DNA of 64,000 nucleotides from a virus (Duplodnaviria; Caudoviricetes): IMG/VR virus record IMGVR_UViG_3300028805_000091, positions 20,936 to 84,935 of that record; one strand, 5' to 3'. Shown piece by piece: positions 9,055 to 18,899 of this stretch (position 1 is its first letter; each line of letters starts with the position of its first letter). The notes under the pieces were generated by a model. It saw only the letters and a program-made list of their open reading frames with translations, ran no database searches and was not told where the DNA came from. The position numbers and the translations under genes were made by a program.

Positions 9055-9933
9055 CTAATCCAACAATTGTTCTTTTAATCGTTTACAATCACATACAAAA
9101 CACTCATCAGAATCACTATAACATCGTTTAAAATTCTCTGAATGCCCACATAAACTCTTATCAGATGAAACATCATCCAATACACCATTATCACTATCAT
9201 ATTTATGTAATATGATTTTTTGATTTAAAAGAAAATTATTACAATATTTTAATAAATATCCCGGCATTTGTTCATTTAATTTAATCAATGTATTAAATAC
9301 TTTTTCTCTTGTTGGAGCGCCTATTACAGTACCAAATTTTATATATGGAATAGTATTTACCATTACTTGATGTCTACTTTCATATGTACTTATATCAAAA
9401 CTATTATCTAAAACATCATTACAAAAATCATCTATTAAAATAATGTTTACATATATAGGTAAATCTGGATATTTATGTCGTATTTCGTATAGATTATCAT
9501 AAAATAACTCATCAGAACTATTAGTACCATCATTTCTAAATCTACCATAATTATCACCAGATGTAGTAAAATGAATACGCCTAATTAAATCAAATTCTTT
9601 TGCTTTATCTAATATTGGTACTAATTGAGTATTTATGTCATATAAAATGTTTGTATTAATATATAATTGATCTATTTCATTTCTTTTCATTTTATCAAAA
9701 GTCAAATCATATAAATCATTTAAACTTTTAATAATAACTTGATTGGTTTCAGCTAAAGTTTCACCACCAACATATAAAACATGTGTATCAAATAAATCTG
9801 ATACAGTTTCTTTAACTAACATTAATGATTCGAGTTTATGCGCTACCGTTTGTTGCTTTTCTTTTCTTTGCCAGCAAAATTTACAATCATTATTACAGTT
9901 ATTCCATAAAATAAATTCATTTATTGGTAGCAT
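9055..9933 (-). CDS. Radical SAM protein (paralog 6)
   Basis: CNNDCKFC, YVGGE, SGD..GRF, C-terminal CGHSENFKRCYSDSDECFVCD. Confidence 0.85.
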   Translation of the reverse strand: MLPINEFILWNNCNNDCKFCWQRKEKQQTVAHKLESLMLVKETVSDLFDTHVLYVGGETLAETNQVIIKSLNDLYDLTFDKMKRNEIDQLYINTNILYDINTQLVPILDKAKEFDLIRRIHFTTSGDNYGRFRNDGTNSSDELFYDNLYEIRHKYPDLPIYVNIILIDDFCNDVLDNSFDISTYESRHQVMVNTIPYIKFGTVIGAPTREKVFNTLIKLNEQMPGYLLKYCNNFLLNQKIILHKYDSDNGVLDDVSSDKSLCGHSENFKRCYSDSDECFVCDCKRLKEQLLD

Positions 9934-9941
9934 TTATCCCC

Positions 9942-10409
9942 CTATTTTATTTTAAGTGTAACTGATATAGATCCTTTTGCTGAATTTTTTCTAACTGTAA
10001 CACTTAATTTTTTCATTTCTGAGCGTATAATTTCTTTCCAAAAATCTACAACTATATTAGCACATTTATTTGAGCTATATTTTATCGTAAAAGTATGTTT
10101 TGTAAAGCCATTTTTCTGCAAACATGTCTCTAAAAGGTCTTTAAACTCATTTGACATTTCTGTTATGGTATGTGAACGCCAATCTAAAATTGTTGGTAAA
10201 GGACATTTTTGCACTAATTCATTTAATTCTCTATGGATATTATAATCAACAATATATTTAGCCAAATCATCTTTATTTGCAATAATTCTATTATTTGCAC
10301 TCTCTAATTGATTTATTGTATATTGAACAGCTTCCGCTACTTTTTCATACCATTCTTCTGTAAATATCGATTCGCAAATATCTTCATTTTGAAAAGGATT
10401 ATGCTCCAT
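9942..10409 (-). CDS. Hypothetical protein co-oriented with the rSAM genes
   Basis: 155 aa, 8 nt from rSAM paralog 6; GGGTAG RBS-like element. Confidence 0.65.
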   Translation of the reverse strand: MEHNPFQNEDICESIFTEEWYEKVAEAVQYTINQLESANNRIIANKDDLAKYIVDYNIHRELNELVQKCPLPTILDWRSHTITEMSNEFKDLLETCLQKNGFTKHTFTIKYSSNKCANIVVDFWKEIIRSEMKKLSVTVRKNSAKGSISVTLKIK

Positions 10410-10482
10410 AAAAAGTATCTACCCTCTTAATTATTTTTATACTATATTTATTAGAATTCAACTATTTCTAAAAAGCAGCAAA

Positions 10483-11250
10483 CTATTTTTCCGTTATTAT
10501 TGATTTTATTAAATTAAGATTTTTAGTACGATCCTCTATACCGTTTAAACCACCATTAATTCTTTTAGTAATAGTTTTTATATCATCTTTATCAGCAAAT
10601 GTATTAAGATTATTTTTATTCCAAAACCAGCATGCTGTTTTTACACATACTTCTGGATCAGATGTAATTAAATCAGGGTTTTTAACTAAGTCTAAATTAA
10701 GATCTTGACCACAAGCTTTATAATTATTAGTACCTGTAAGCTGAATAAGCCCACGACCTCTATAACGCCAACCATCACCACTCATTTCATTACCATTTCC
10801 CATACGATTAGCATATACTTTGTTAGCTATTTTCTCTGGCTGTCTAGCATAAGCATTAGCTTCGACATCAGTCTTAAAATATTTTCCAAATACTGACTTC
10901 AAAGCTTTAGCTGAATAATTTAAATTTTCACTTTTATATTTAAAATGTCCAGATTCATGAATAACTTGTGCTAAAAAATGACTTATACGTAAAGGTGTAT
11001 TAATTTCATATTGTGGTAATACCTTATTTAAAGCCTCATAATAATAATCACAATCAGCCCTATTTACATTACCATTCATTTTATATAATTCTTCACGTAA
11101 GAATAACCAAGCCTCTTTTGACTTTTCTTTTTTATTTTTCTCACTAATATCTACTTTTTGAGATTGAATGGCCGGTTTTGAAGTATTAATATCTACTTTT
11201 TCAACCTTTTCATTCTTTTTTTCTTCTTTTTTCTTAAACCAACCAAACAT
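10483..11250 (-). CDS. Glycoside hydrolase family 19 endolysin
   Basis: FLAQVIHESG, ENLNYSA, GDGWRYRGRGLIQLTG..NY and RINGG.NG..DR are GH19 lysin motifs; ATG at 11250 preferred. Confidence 0.9.
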   Translation of the reverse strand: MFGWFKKKEEKKNEKVEKVDINTSKPAIQSQKVDISEKNKKEKSKEAWLFLREELYKMNGNVNRADCDYYYEALNKVLPQYEINTPLRISHFLAQVIHESGHFKYKSENLNYSAKALKSVFGKYFKTDVEANAYARQPEKIANKVYANRMGNGNEMSGDGWRYRGRGLIQLTGTNNYKACGQDLNLDLVKNPDLITSDPEVCVKTACWFWNKNNLNTFADKDDIKTITKRINGGLNGIEDRTKNLNLIKSIITEK

Positions 11251-11310
11251 TATACTCACCAGCCTATTAAATATCATTTTATATTTTTCCAAATATTAGG
11301 TATTTTATAA

Positions 11311-11343
11311 AATAAAAGGACCGAACTAATTATCCGATCCTTT
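11311..11343 (-). terminator. Intrinsic terminator after the scaffold gene
   Basis: Minus-strand AAAGGATCG...CGGTCCTTT hairpin followed by T residues. Confidence 0.6.
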
Positions 11344-11374
11344 CATTCGAAGTTTTTATAAGAAAATTAAATGA

Positions 11375-12091
11375 TTATTTCTTGAAAGCAGCTATTGCAG
11401 CAGCTGTAGCTGACATTGTTCTAACCATTTTCTTCTCAGGTTGAGATTTTTTAACAGCTTCGATCAAAATCTTATTTAATTTTGTAGAGCTTTCATACAT
11501 CTTCTGAGCAGTTTTATACATTTTCTCATTCTTAGCAGAAGCTTCTTTCAAAGTATCTTCAAATTTTTTGCCTTCTTCAATAACAGCTTCAAAAACTTTC
11601 TTCATTTCAGCAGCATGACCTTTTTCTAAATCAGCAGCTTGTTTTGCTAAGAAATCTTCACACAATTTTTTCATATTTACTAACTGCTTTTTATAATTTT
11701 CTTCACGAGCAGCAGCTTCTTTTAATTGTGCAAGTAATTCATTTTGAACTTCACTATTTTCTTCAACTTTACGGCTAGAAACATTTAATACATCTTTCAT
11801 ACCGTTATCTTCTTTTTTACGTTCAGCTTCAACTTTACCCGGTTCAAGCTTATCAGAATTACCACCATCCTTAGAAATACCATCAGCATTAACAGGAATT
11901 ACTGGACCTTCATCCTTAGCAACTTCTTTTTCAACAGCTTTCTGAGTAGGTAATTCAGAATCTAAACCTTTAACACCAGGAGCTACATTAACACCATCAA
12001 CTTTTTTTGAATCAATATTAGCAATGGTATCTTCAGCCTTTTTAACTTCATTTGCTTCACGCAAAAGTTTCAAGAAATCTTCTTTCTTCAT
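11375..12091 (-). CDS. Putative prohead scaffolding protein (T4 gp22-like position)
   Basis: Acidic/Lys-rich coiled coil directly downstream of the prohead protease; many hydrophobic-x-E sites. Confidence 0.5.
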   Translation of the reverse strand: MKKEDFLKLLREANEVKKAEDTIANIDSKKVDGVNVAPGVKGLDSELPTQKAVEKEVAKDEGPVIPVNADGISKDGGNSDKLEPGKVEAERKKEDNGMKDVLNVSSRKVEENSEVQNELLAQLKEAAAREENYKKQLVNMKKLCEDFLAKQAADLEKGHAAEMKKVFEAVIEEGKKFEDTLKEASAKNEKMYKTAQKMYESSTKLNKILIEAVKKSQPEKKMVRTMSATAAAIAAFKK

Positions 12092-12203
12092 GATTTAATT
12101 TTCCTCAAAAATCTAGATTTTTAACAAAATACAAAATAAAATTAGTTAACTAATTCTCTAATAATAGAACTATTTAATAAAAATAGATTAAGTTATATTT
12201 ATA

Positions 12204-15200
12204 CTATACCTCTTTAGCCATCATAATTGAAGCATCTAAAATAGGCATAATATACATTTGACTTGCTTTTGCTAAAATAGCATCGCGTCTGTCAATATTA
12301 TCTTCAGGTAATTCTTCAGCATCCATTACAAAGTCAATACTATCTGGCAAATCATTTACTTTTGAAAGGAAATCAGCTAAATCAACTGGATCATCAGCTT
12401 CCATATTACTTGTCATATCATCAATATATTTGTCTGAATCCCAATCAATATTTGTTAAAGTAATATGATATTTACCTTTTTCTTCATTTAATGGTTTATC
12501 AATAAATGGATCAGAAGCTTCACCTGGCTTATTATACATTATTTCTGACATATTATTAGATTCATTCTTTATACCATCTATATCTTCTTGACTAATATAT
12601 TCAACCGATATTTGATCTCTAACATCTGCCAATTCTTTATTTAGTTCTTCTTCTGATTCAAATGGACCAGTAATACCAATACCCATAGCACCTGCATACC
12701 AACCTGGTTCAATGTCTTCATAATGAGGAGCTTCTTCATCAAATTCAAGTCTACCTTCTCTTGACTGAATACCTCTTGCACAATGATTACATAACCAACC
12801 TAATTTACTTTCATGTCTCATTTCAGATTTTGGTAATCTATCTCCACACCAAGCACAGATAGCACTATTTTCTAAATCATATGATAATGAAGGATTATCT
12901 TCATTTTCCCAATTACCTTGATCTATTCCACTATAATGATGATCCCACTCTTCAGTACCTTCATCTAATTCATAAACATTTCTTTCGAAATCTTTATCTT
13001 CCATATCTTTTGAAGTTTCATCCCTTTTCCATACTCTTACAGAATATACATCACCAAAAGTTCCAATTCTATTCTCTAATTTCTGAGCAGCCTTATCATT
13101 AATAAGTTTATTACCTTCAGGAGTAATAATTAAATTTTCTGGATCATCAACACCTAATTCTTCAGGATATAAAAATACACGGATAAATTCAGGTTTACCA
13201 CCATTAAATATTGATTGGCCACTTGTTGGATCGGCATTATTATAAATACCCTCTTCATTACCAAAGTCTAAATTATTAAATAATACAGCTATTTTCCAAT
13301 CAGCTTTATTATTAGCTTCTTCGATTGGATCACCATCATACATTATATTTGGGGTATTTTTAATAATTTCTTTTCTAAAGACTTCTAATTGATCACAAGC
13401 ATCTTGAGTTGATAATTTTTCATCACGCCAATCACTGAATATAGACCAAATATTATCCATATCTTCACTACTTATATGACCACCATTTATAAGAAAATCA
13501 TGAATACAACTCATATATTGCATTGGATCATTATATCGATTACCATCTTCACTAAGTAATACATCACCACCAAATTTACCTTGCTCAATACCAGCTTTAG
13601 CAACTGCAGCTTGTTCAGGAGTATCAAATTCTTTTTCTACTTTATTATTATCATCAACTTCCATAGAAAGTTTATTACCATCTTGCTCTAAATCACCAGC
13701 AGCTTCCATTTTAACTGACTGCTGCATTCCATTTGTTTTGAATGATCTACTAGCTGGATCATAAATTGATTCCTCTCCTGTAGAAGTATCACGTAATTTA
13801 ATCATTACTTGAGCTACAGAATCTTGTTTAGATTTCATATCCCATAAGTTAGCTATTTCATTTAAAATAGATTCTGTCTCAACAGCAGATACTGGTACAG
13901 TTTCAGAAGAATGGCCATTTTTACCATCTATTTCAACAATAGCTTCATAACGTGTATTACTACCATTTTCTTCTGTCATCGGAGCTGCAATATCACTATT
14001 TTCTACTTTAACACCTGCATTTTCGGCAGCTTGAATATTAACATCATCTGGAGCAGATATATCAGCATTATCTTTTTTATAATATTTTTCTGTTTTTAAT
14101 ATGCCCATAGTTTCAAGAATCTTTTCAATACCAGACAAATGAACTACACCAGACTCTTCTTTACCTTTAACAAAATGTATAGCATCTTTAGGGTCTTCAA
14201 CAAAATCTATAGCATTACCATTCATTGCGACAAACTTAGGTTTACTATTCTCATCTGTTTCAGTATCTTCTTTAACACGTAATACAAATTGTTTACCTTC
14301 TTTAGGATCTTCCTCTTTAGTAGCTTCTGTCATAACTGATTCCTCAACCGGTGCTGTTCTCATATATTCAAGTAAATATTCATATGGAATATTTTCATTT
14401 TGTTCACAGAACTTACGACAAGCTTGTTCAAGTGTTAATCCTTCATTCCACATTAAACTGATAACTGCATCATGAATCCAATCAACAGATTGCGGAGTAA
14501 ATTCATGTACATCATATTCAGTATCTTTACTTTCTGACATATTATTACCATTAATATATGCTTCCAATTTATCTAACATAGCATCTAAAGATTCATCTGT
14601 TTTTCTAGGATCTAATACTGCTGCAACATAAGCATCCATCATTTCTTGAGCATCTTCTCTTTCTTGACCAGAAAGCTTATTGTTATTAATCATATTATCA
14701 AGATAATCGTAAACTTTAGCACATCTTTGAGTACGTATATCTGTTGCTTCTTTCATAGAAACAGATTCACCCCATAATTTCTTTTGGACTTCAGCTGCAA
14801 TATCACCTAAAGCAATTTTAGTATCTAATGCACTATTTTCACCACGTTCAAATTTAGCAAAAATATTCTCTGCTTGTTGGCGTAAAATATCTGATTCTGG
14901 TAAATTACTAATAATGAAATTATATTGTCTTTGTGCCATATTTTCAGCCACTTTTTCAGGACTACCGACATGATTTGCGTTATATTCACCAGAAATTGTA
15001 CCCATAGAATCATTCATTTCAGATTCTGGAATATAATCTTCATTCATATCTTGACCATTTGCATAATTTAAATAAGTCTGATCAACTCCAGCATCAACCA
15101 AAGACTTATAAGAACGTTGCCATTCCATAGCATTATGATCATCACTATTACGAAGCTCGGCAGATACTCTCCATAACTCTTTTTCATCAGGACCAGTTAT

Positions 15201-16196
15201 TTCAACACCCTTAATGTCAACTATTTTCTTTAAGCCAAGATTTTTATCATCTTCATTTAAAACATCATCTGTATCATTTTCAACTGATTCTTTAGGTTGT
15301 TCCTCTTTAACTACTTCAATTGTAACAGAATCAATATCAGCTTTACCATTTAAAATGGCTCTTTTAGCCATACCCAAAGCTTGATCTAATTCAGAAACTT
15401 CATCTTCTGTTTCAGTTTCTAATGTTACCATAGTTGTTTCTGCACCAGTTTTTGGATCAACTTCTGAATCCAACTTAGTAGATGTTTTTACAACCGAACC
15501 AAATTGAGCATCATCTATGTTTTTAGATAACATTAAAGCGTCATCTATATTACGTACTACATTTGTAGCAGAAGAAGATACAACAAAAGTCTCTGTAAGA
15601 GGTTTAGAAGTAATTTCAACTGATTCATTAACCGGTGTAGATAAAAATGTACCACTTGATGGTAAACCAACAACATCAGTACCTAGAAATTCATATTCAG
15701 TAACAACACCACTATTATCACAAGAACCTAAACCACGTATAGAAATACCTGCTCCAAATCCAGCCAAAATTAAAGATTGTAATTGAGCTCCTTGTTCACT
15801 CTTATCATCTAAAACTTCCCAATCTTCATATAAAACATTATAACGTTCTCTTTTACCTTCAATCTCAATTTCTACATTTTTAATATAGGCATTTACGACA
15901 GCATGAGAAACATCTGAAGGAATGCAAAAACTTGATTCTGGATGGTCTTTACATTGACTTAAGCACTGTTTAGTCTTAAACTTAGAAGCTGCTTCAGCAA
16001 TAGCTTTACGCATAATATCAGTAGGATATATACGTCCATTCTGATTTTTTCTATCTAATACAGTACACGGAATGTTTTTAACAACTAAAATACCACCTTT
16101 ACCGGCAGATAAACGCAATGATTCTTTTAAATCATGGCTTACTTCAAAGCAATTTATAAAATCGCCTGCTTCAACGAGTAATTTTTTCTCAGACAT
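12204..16196 (-). CDS. Prohead protease (T4 gp21-like N-terminal domain) fused to a long acidic multi-module extension
   Basis: NQNGRIYP, DHPE (His), GISIRGLGS (Ser) and TDVVGLPS match gp21-type motifs within the first ~190 aa; the remaining ~1140 aa are acidic and include CAWC...CNHC. Confidence 0.8.
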   Translation of the reverse strand: MSEKKLLVEAGDFINCFEVSHDLKESLRLSAGKGGILVVKNIPCTVLDRKNQNGRIYPTDIMRKAIAEAASKFKTKQCLSQCKDHPESSFCIPSDVSHAVVNAYIKNVEIEIEGKRERYNVLYEDWEVLDDKSEQGAQLQSLILAGFGAGISIRGLGSCDNSGVVTEYEFLGTDVVGLPSSGTFLSTPVNESVEITSKPLTETFVVSSSATNVVRNIDDALMLSKNIDDAQFGSVVKTSTKLDSEVDPKTGAETTMVTLETETEDEVSELDQALGMAKRAILNGKADIDSVTIEVVKEEQPKESVENDTDDVLNEDDKNLGLKKIVDIKGVEITGPDEKELWRVSAELRNSDDHNAMEWQRSYKSLVDAGVDQTYLNYANGQDMNEDYIPESEMNDSMGTISGEYNANHVGSPEKVAENMAQRQYNFIISNLPESDILRQQAENIFAKFERGENSALDTKIALGDIAAEVQKKLWGESVSMKEATDIRTQRCAKVYDYLDNMINNNKLSGQEREDAQEMMDAYVAAVLDPRKTDESLDAMLDKLEAYINGNNMSESKDTEYDVHEFTPQSVDWIHDAVISLMWNEGLTLEQACRKFCEQNENIPYEYLLEYMRTAPVEESVMTEATKEEDPKEGKQFVLRVKEDTETDENSKPKFVAMNGNAIDFVEDPKDAIHFVKGKEESGVVHLSGIEKILETMGILKTEKYYKKDNADISAPDDVNIQAAENAGVKVENSDIAAPMTEENGSNTRYEAIVEIDGKNGHSSETVPVSAVETESILNEIANLWDMKSKQDSVAQVMIKLRDTSTGEESIYDPASRSFKTNGMQQSVKMEAAGDLEQDGNKLSMEVDDNNKVEKEFDTPEQAAVAKAGIEQGKFGGDVLLSEDGNRYNDPMQYMSCIHDFLINGGHISSEDMDNIWSIFSDWRDEKLSTQDACDQLEVFRKEIIKNTPNIMYDGDPIEEANNKADWKIAVLFNNLDFGNEEGIYNNADPTSGQSIFNGGKPEFIRVFLYPEELGVDDPENLIITPEGNKLINDKAAQKLENRIGTFGDVYSVRVWKRDETSKDMEDKDFERNVYELDEGTEEWDHHYSGIDQGNWENEDNPSLSYDLENSAICAWCGDRLPKSEMRHESKLGWLCNHCARGIQSREGRLEFDEEAPHYEDIEPGWYAGAMGIGITGPFESEEELNKELADVRDQISVEYISQEDIDGIKNESNNMSEIMYNKPGEASDPFIDKPLNEEKGKYHITLTNIDWDSDKYIDDMTSNMEADDPVDLADFLSKVNDLPDSIDFVMDAEELPEDNIDRRDAILAKASQMYIMPILDASIMMAKEV

Positions 16197-16238
16197 GAAA
16201 GGATCCTAAAAAATATAATTTAAACTTAAGTTAATTTA

Positions 16239-16244
16239 TAGAAC
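16239..16244 (-). promoter_or_regulatory. GTTCTA late-promoter-like motif
   Basis: TAGAAC on the + strand about 43 nt upstream of the protease start. Confidence 0.55.
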
Positions 16245-16284
16245 TTTTATATTTAAGTAAAGAGAAACCCCTCTGTTTTTATAT

Positions 16285-16319
16285 AAAAGAAAAGAGGTTG
16301 TAAATTTCTTTTCAACCTC
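16285..16319 (-). terminator. Intrinsic terminator
   Basis: Minus-strand GAGGTTG / CAACCTC stem followed by TTTTCTTTT. Confidence 0.65.
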
Positions 16320-16346
16320 CTTAATATAATTAATATATCTATCAGA

Positions 16347-17150
16347 TTATGACCAAGTAGCCTGTTGAGCAACTAAAGCATGATTTTTAACAGAATCGAG
16401 TTGTTCATGTAATCTTTCTAATCTTTTTTGTAAAGCATCTGTTGAAATTTTAAAGTCTGCCTCAAATTGAACACCATCACGAGCCTGAATAATAGCCTCG
16501 ATAAATCTGTATGAAATAAACTTAGACAAAATATCAACTTTAGAAAAATCAGCATATTCTGGATCATCATAACCAACGGCTACTTGAATTGATAATTGAC
16601 CTATACCAAAAGGTGGAGTTATAACTAATCTTTGTCTACTATTGTCTAATACATATGAAGGTTGACCTGTTGATAAATCATCATACGTATTATTAAGTAA
16701 AATTTTCATTGGATCTGTAGCAAATTGAGCAGTAGTCATATTATACCCAAACATTTGCAAGCTCCATAATGATGGATTCGAATAGTTACCAAAATATGGT
16801 CTTTCCATACGAATTACGCCAAGAAAATATGCATGCTCTAAATCTTCATCAGCAATTGCTGGAACTGCACCTGTTAATAAGTCATCGTAATAAATAAAAG
16901 TTTCACCATTTTCTACATGTGGAGGAGTAACACCAGTCCAAGAAAAAGTACCAGTAGCATCACCTGTTGTACTATATGTAGTAACATAATTTAAACGTAA
17001 TGGAAATGTACGAAAATAATCTAAACAACCTAACTCAATAGCTCTATCACGTAATAAAGATTCTTTTTCACTAATCTGTAAATTAGGATTAGCTAAATCT
17101 AAATCTAAAGCTGAATTTATTAAATGACGCATACGGCCTATCTTAACCAT
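16347..17150 (-). CDS. Putative neck/head-completion protein (gp13-like)
   Basis: Size, position in the head module and an N-terminal helix-strand pattern reminiscent of T4 gp13; motif support is weak. Confidence 0.35.
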   Translation of the reverse strand: MVKIGRMRHLINSALDLDLANPNLQISEKESLLRDRAIELGCLDYFRTFPLRLNYVTTYSTTGDATGTFSWTGVTPPHVENGETFIYYDDLLTGAVPAIADEDLEHAYFLGVIRMERPYFGNYSNPSLWSLQMFGYNMTTAQFATDPMKILLNNTYDDLSTGQPSYVLDNSRQRLVITPPFGIGQLSIQVAVGYDDPEYADFSKVDILSKFISYRFIEAIIQARDGVQFEADFKISTDALQKRLERLHEQLDSVKNHALVAQQATWS

Positions 17151-17166
17151 AACTCTATATCCTTGA

Positions 17167-17952
17167 TTATGCTAAATATACCAAATCACCTTCAAAACGT
17201 AATTCATTTGGATCAAAATCTAATAAATCATTATCCACTACAGCATCACTATAGCAATATAATTCAAAATTCTGACGATCATACTTATCTGGAATAGATA
17301 CTTGACCAGTTTTATTTAATTGATCTATATAACCATTATATCTAGTTTGATCTTCATTCCACTTATCTACTGAAGCTTTGGCCCATTCATTCCATTTGGT
17401 ATCATCCCAATCAAGTTTTTCTCTTAAAACTTTTTTAACTATAGCCTCAAATTCTGAACCTTCAACACTTTCCTTTTCAAATGAAAACTTACTACCATTA
17501 ATACGTGAATAATATGGTTGATTTGGATCACTATTTAATTTATTTAAATTTACCATATCACCATCACCAAAATTAATTAATTCTCTATTTCTATTATATA
17601 AACCACTCCTATAATTTGGAGTCTTTAAAAATATACTATCTTGGTCATATTTAGCGCATAAATTAAACATAAAGTCTTCAAAATCTTTAGTTCTGTTTGG
17701 ATTACCATTTACAACAAAAAATGAACGCTCTTTTACATCAATTGGTAAACCATCTGCCCCTTCTTCTGGATAGCCTCCTTGTGTAGTAATAACTTCATAA
17801 GGAGAATTCATTAAATCTTGACGTAATTCAGTATTTTTATTTCTTTTATCTTTTCTATTATAACTAGCCCTTGAAGCACTTATAGCAGCTACATCATAAT
17901 TTTTAAATTTTTTATAAATATGCGAAAGATTTACTTCTTCTAAAGTTTCCAT
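17167..17952 (-). CDS. Conserved T4-type phage protein (ISA.R...GGY.E...E.SF...KYDQDS family)
   Basis: AAISASR, QGGYPEEG, ERSFFV, KYDQDSIF; ATG at 17952 (METLEE) lies downstream of a GTTCTA motif at 17989-17994. Confidence 0.55.
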   Translation of the reverse strand: METLEEVNLSHIYKKFKNYDVAAISASRASYNRKDKRNKNTELRQDLMNSPYEVITTQGGYPEEGADGLPIDVKERSFFVVNGNPNRTKDFEDFMFNLCAKYDQDSIFLKTPNYRSGLYNRNRELINFGDGDMVNLNKLNSDPNQPYYSRINGSKFSFEKESVEGSEFEAIVKKVLREKLDWDDTKWNEWAKASVDKWNEDQTRYNGYIDQLNKTGQVSIPDKYDRQNFELYCYSDAVVDNDLLDFDPNELRFEGDLVYLA

Positions 17953-18011
17953 TTGCTTAATTCCATAGTTAAAATTTAATATAACTATTAGAACCAAAAA
18001 ATAATTTATTA

Positions 18012-18839
18012 CTATATTTTATAATAAATAGGAGGTTTTGAATAAAGAGACTTTAAAGAATACGTAAAGCTTTTACCATGAATCCATGAAGCATTATTTC
18101 CCTGTTTATCCTTACCTATCAACCGTATTTTATCAAAAGGTGAAAATAATCTAAAAATAGCCTTTTTACCATCAGTATTACTTACTCTTAATATTTCATA
18201 TTTATCATTTATAATTTTAAATCTATGTATTCTATTGTCTTGTAAAAATACATTAGCGTCTTTATATACAGAATTTTTCTTATTAGCATCTTCTTTAATT
18301 AAAATATAATGTTTATTATCTGTTATTACATGCATTATATTTTCTTCTGGAATTATTGAATAACGAATAAAATTAACATTCTCTTCTCGAATTAAAAATA
18401 CTTTACCAGTAGACAAAAACTTATCTAATTCTTTTAAAGCTAAAGGTTTATAATATTCTTCTACTTTAACAATTAAATCACTAAAAATTCCACCTGCTAA
18501 ATCTGTATATGTATCAGTAATTTTAAACATATGCTGATAATCCTTATATACAGCAAAGCAAGCTTCAACCATAAGTTCACGAGTTAACCTACAACCATAA
18601 AAAAATAATTCATTTTGTGAAATATTTTTAAATTTAAAAATAATTCCAATATCTCGTTTAAATTCAATATTTACATTTGGAATTTCTTCAAATATTAAAT
18701 CTTTATAAAACAAGCAAGCATCAAATGTATTTTCTACACTTGGTACCTGTTTATTATTTATAATTAAAATACCATCTAATCCAGTTAAATCAACTTTTAT
18801 AACTACATCAAGAGAAGCAAATACTGATTTAATTAACAT
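18012..18839 (-). CDS. Hypothetical protein
   Basis: 275 aa; GAAAGGA RBS; own sigma70-type promoter. Confidence 0.65.
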   Translation of the reverse strand: MLIKSVFASLDVVIKVDLTGLDGILIINNKQVPSVENTFDACLFYKDLIFEEIPNVNIEFKRDIGIIFKFKNISQNELFFYGCRLTRELMVEACFAVYKDYQHMFKITDTYTDLAGGIFSDLIVKVEEYYKPLALKELDKFLSTGKVFLIREENVNFIRYSIIPEENIMHVITDNKHYILIKEDANKKNSVYKDANVFLQDNRIHRFKIINDKYEILRVSNTDGKKAIFRLFSPFDKIRLIGKDKQGNNASWIHGKSFTYSLKSLYSKPPIYYKI

Positions 18840-18860
18840 ATAAATTCCTTTCAATAAAGA

Positions 18861-18889
18861 ATTATAAACTATTTGTTATTAAAAGTAAA
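18861..18889 (-). promoter_or_regulatory. Host sigma70-type promoter
   Basis: TTTACT-N17-TATAAT on the minus strand. Confidence 0.7.
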
Positions 18890-18899
18890 ACGATTTTTA

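Noticed and set aside
2210-9933. rSAM genes as QueE/7-deazaguanine or other DNA-base modification enzymes, or as anaerobic RNR activases
   Set aside because: No QueC/QueD/FolE/DpdA or NrdD partner in the window; the QueE-type Cx14CxxC or long N-terminus is absent; the paralog number and C-terminal Cys motif do not fit. Not fully excluded without a search.
12204-16196. Intein in the oversized protease gene
   Set aside because: No Cys/Ser-initiated block A, no His-Asn-Cys/Ser end and no LAGLIDADG motifs; the extension is C-terminal rather than an insertion.
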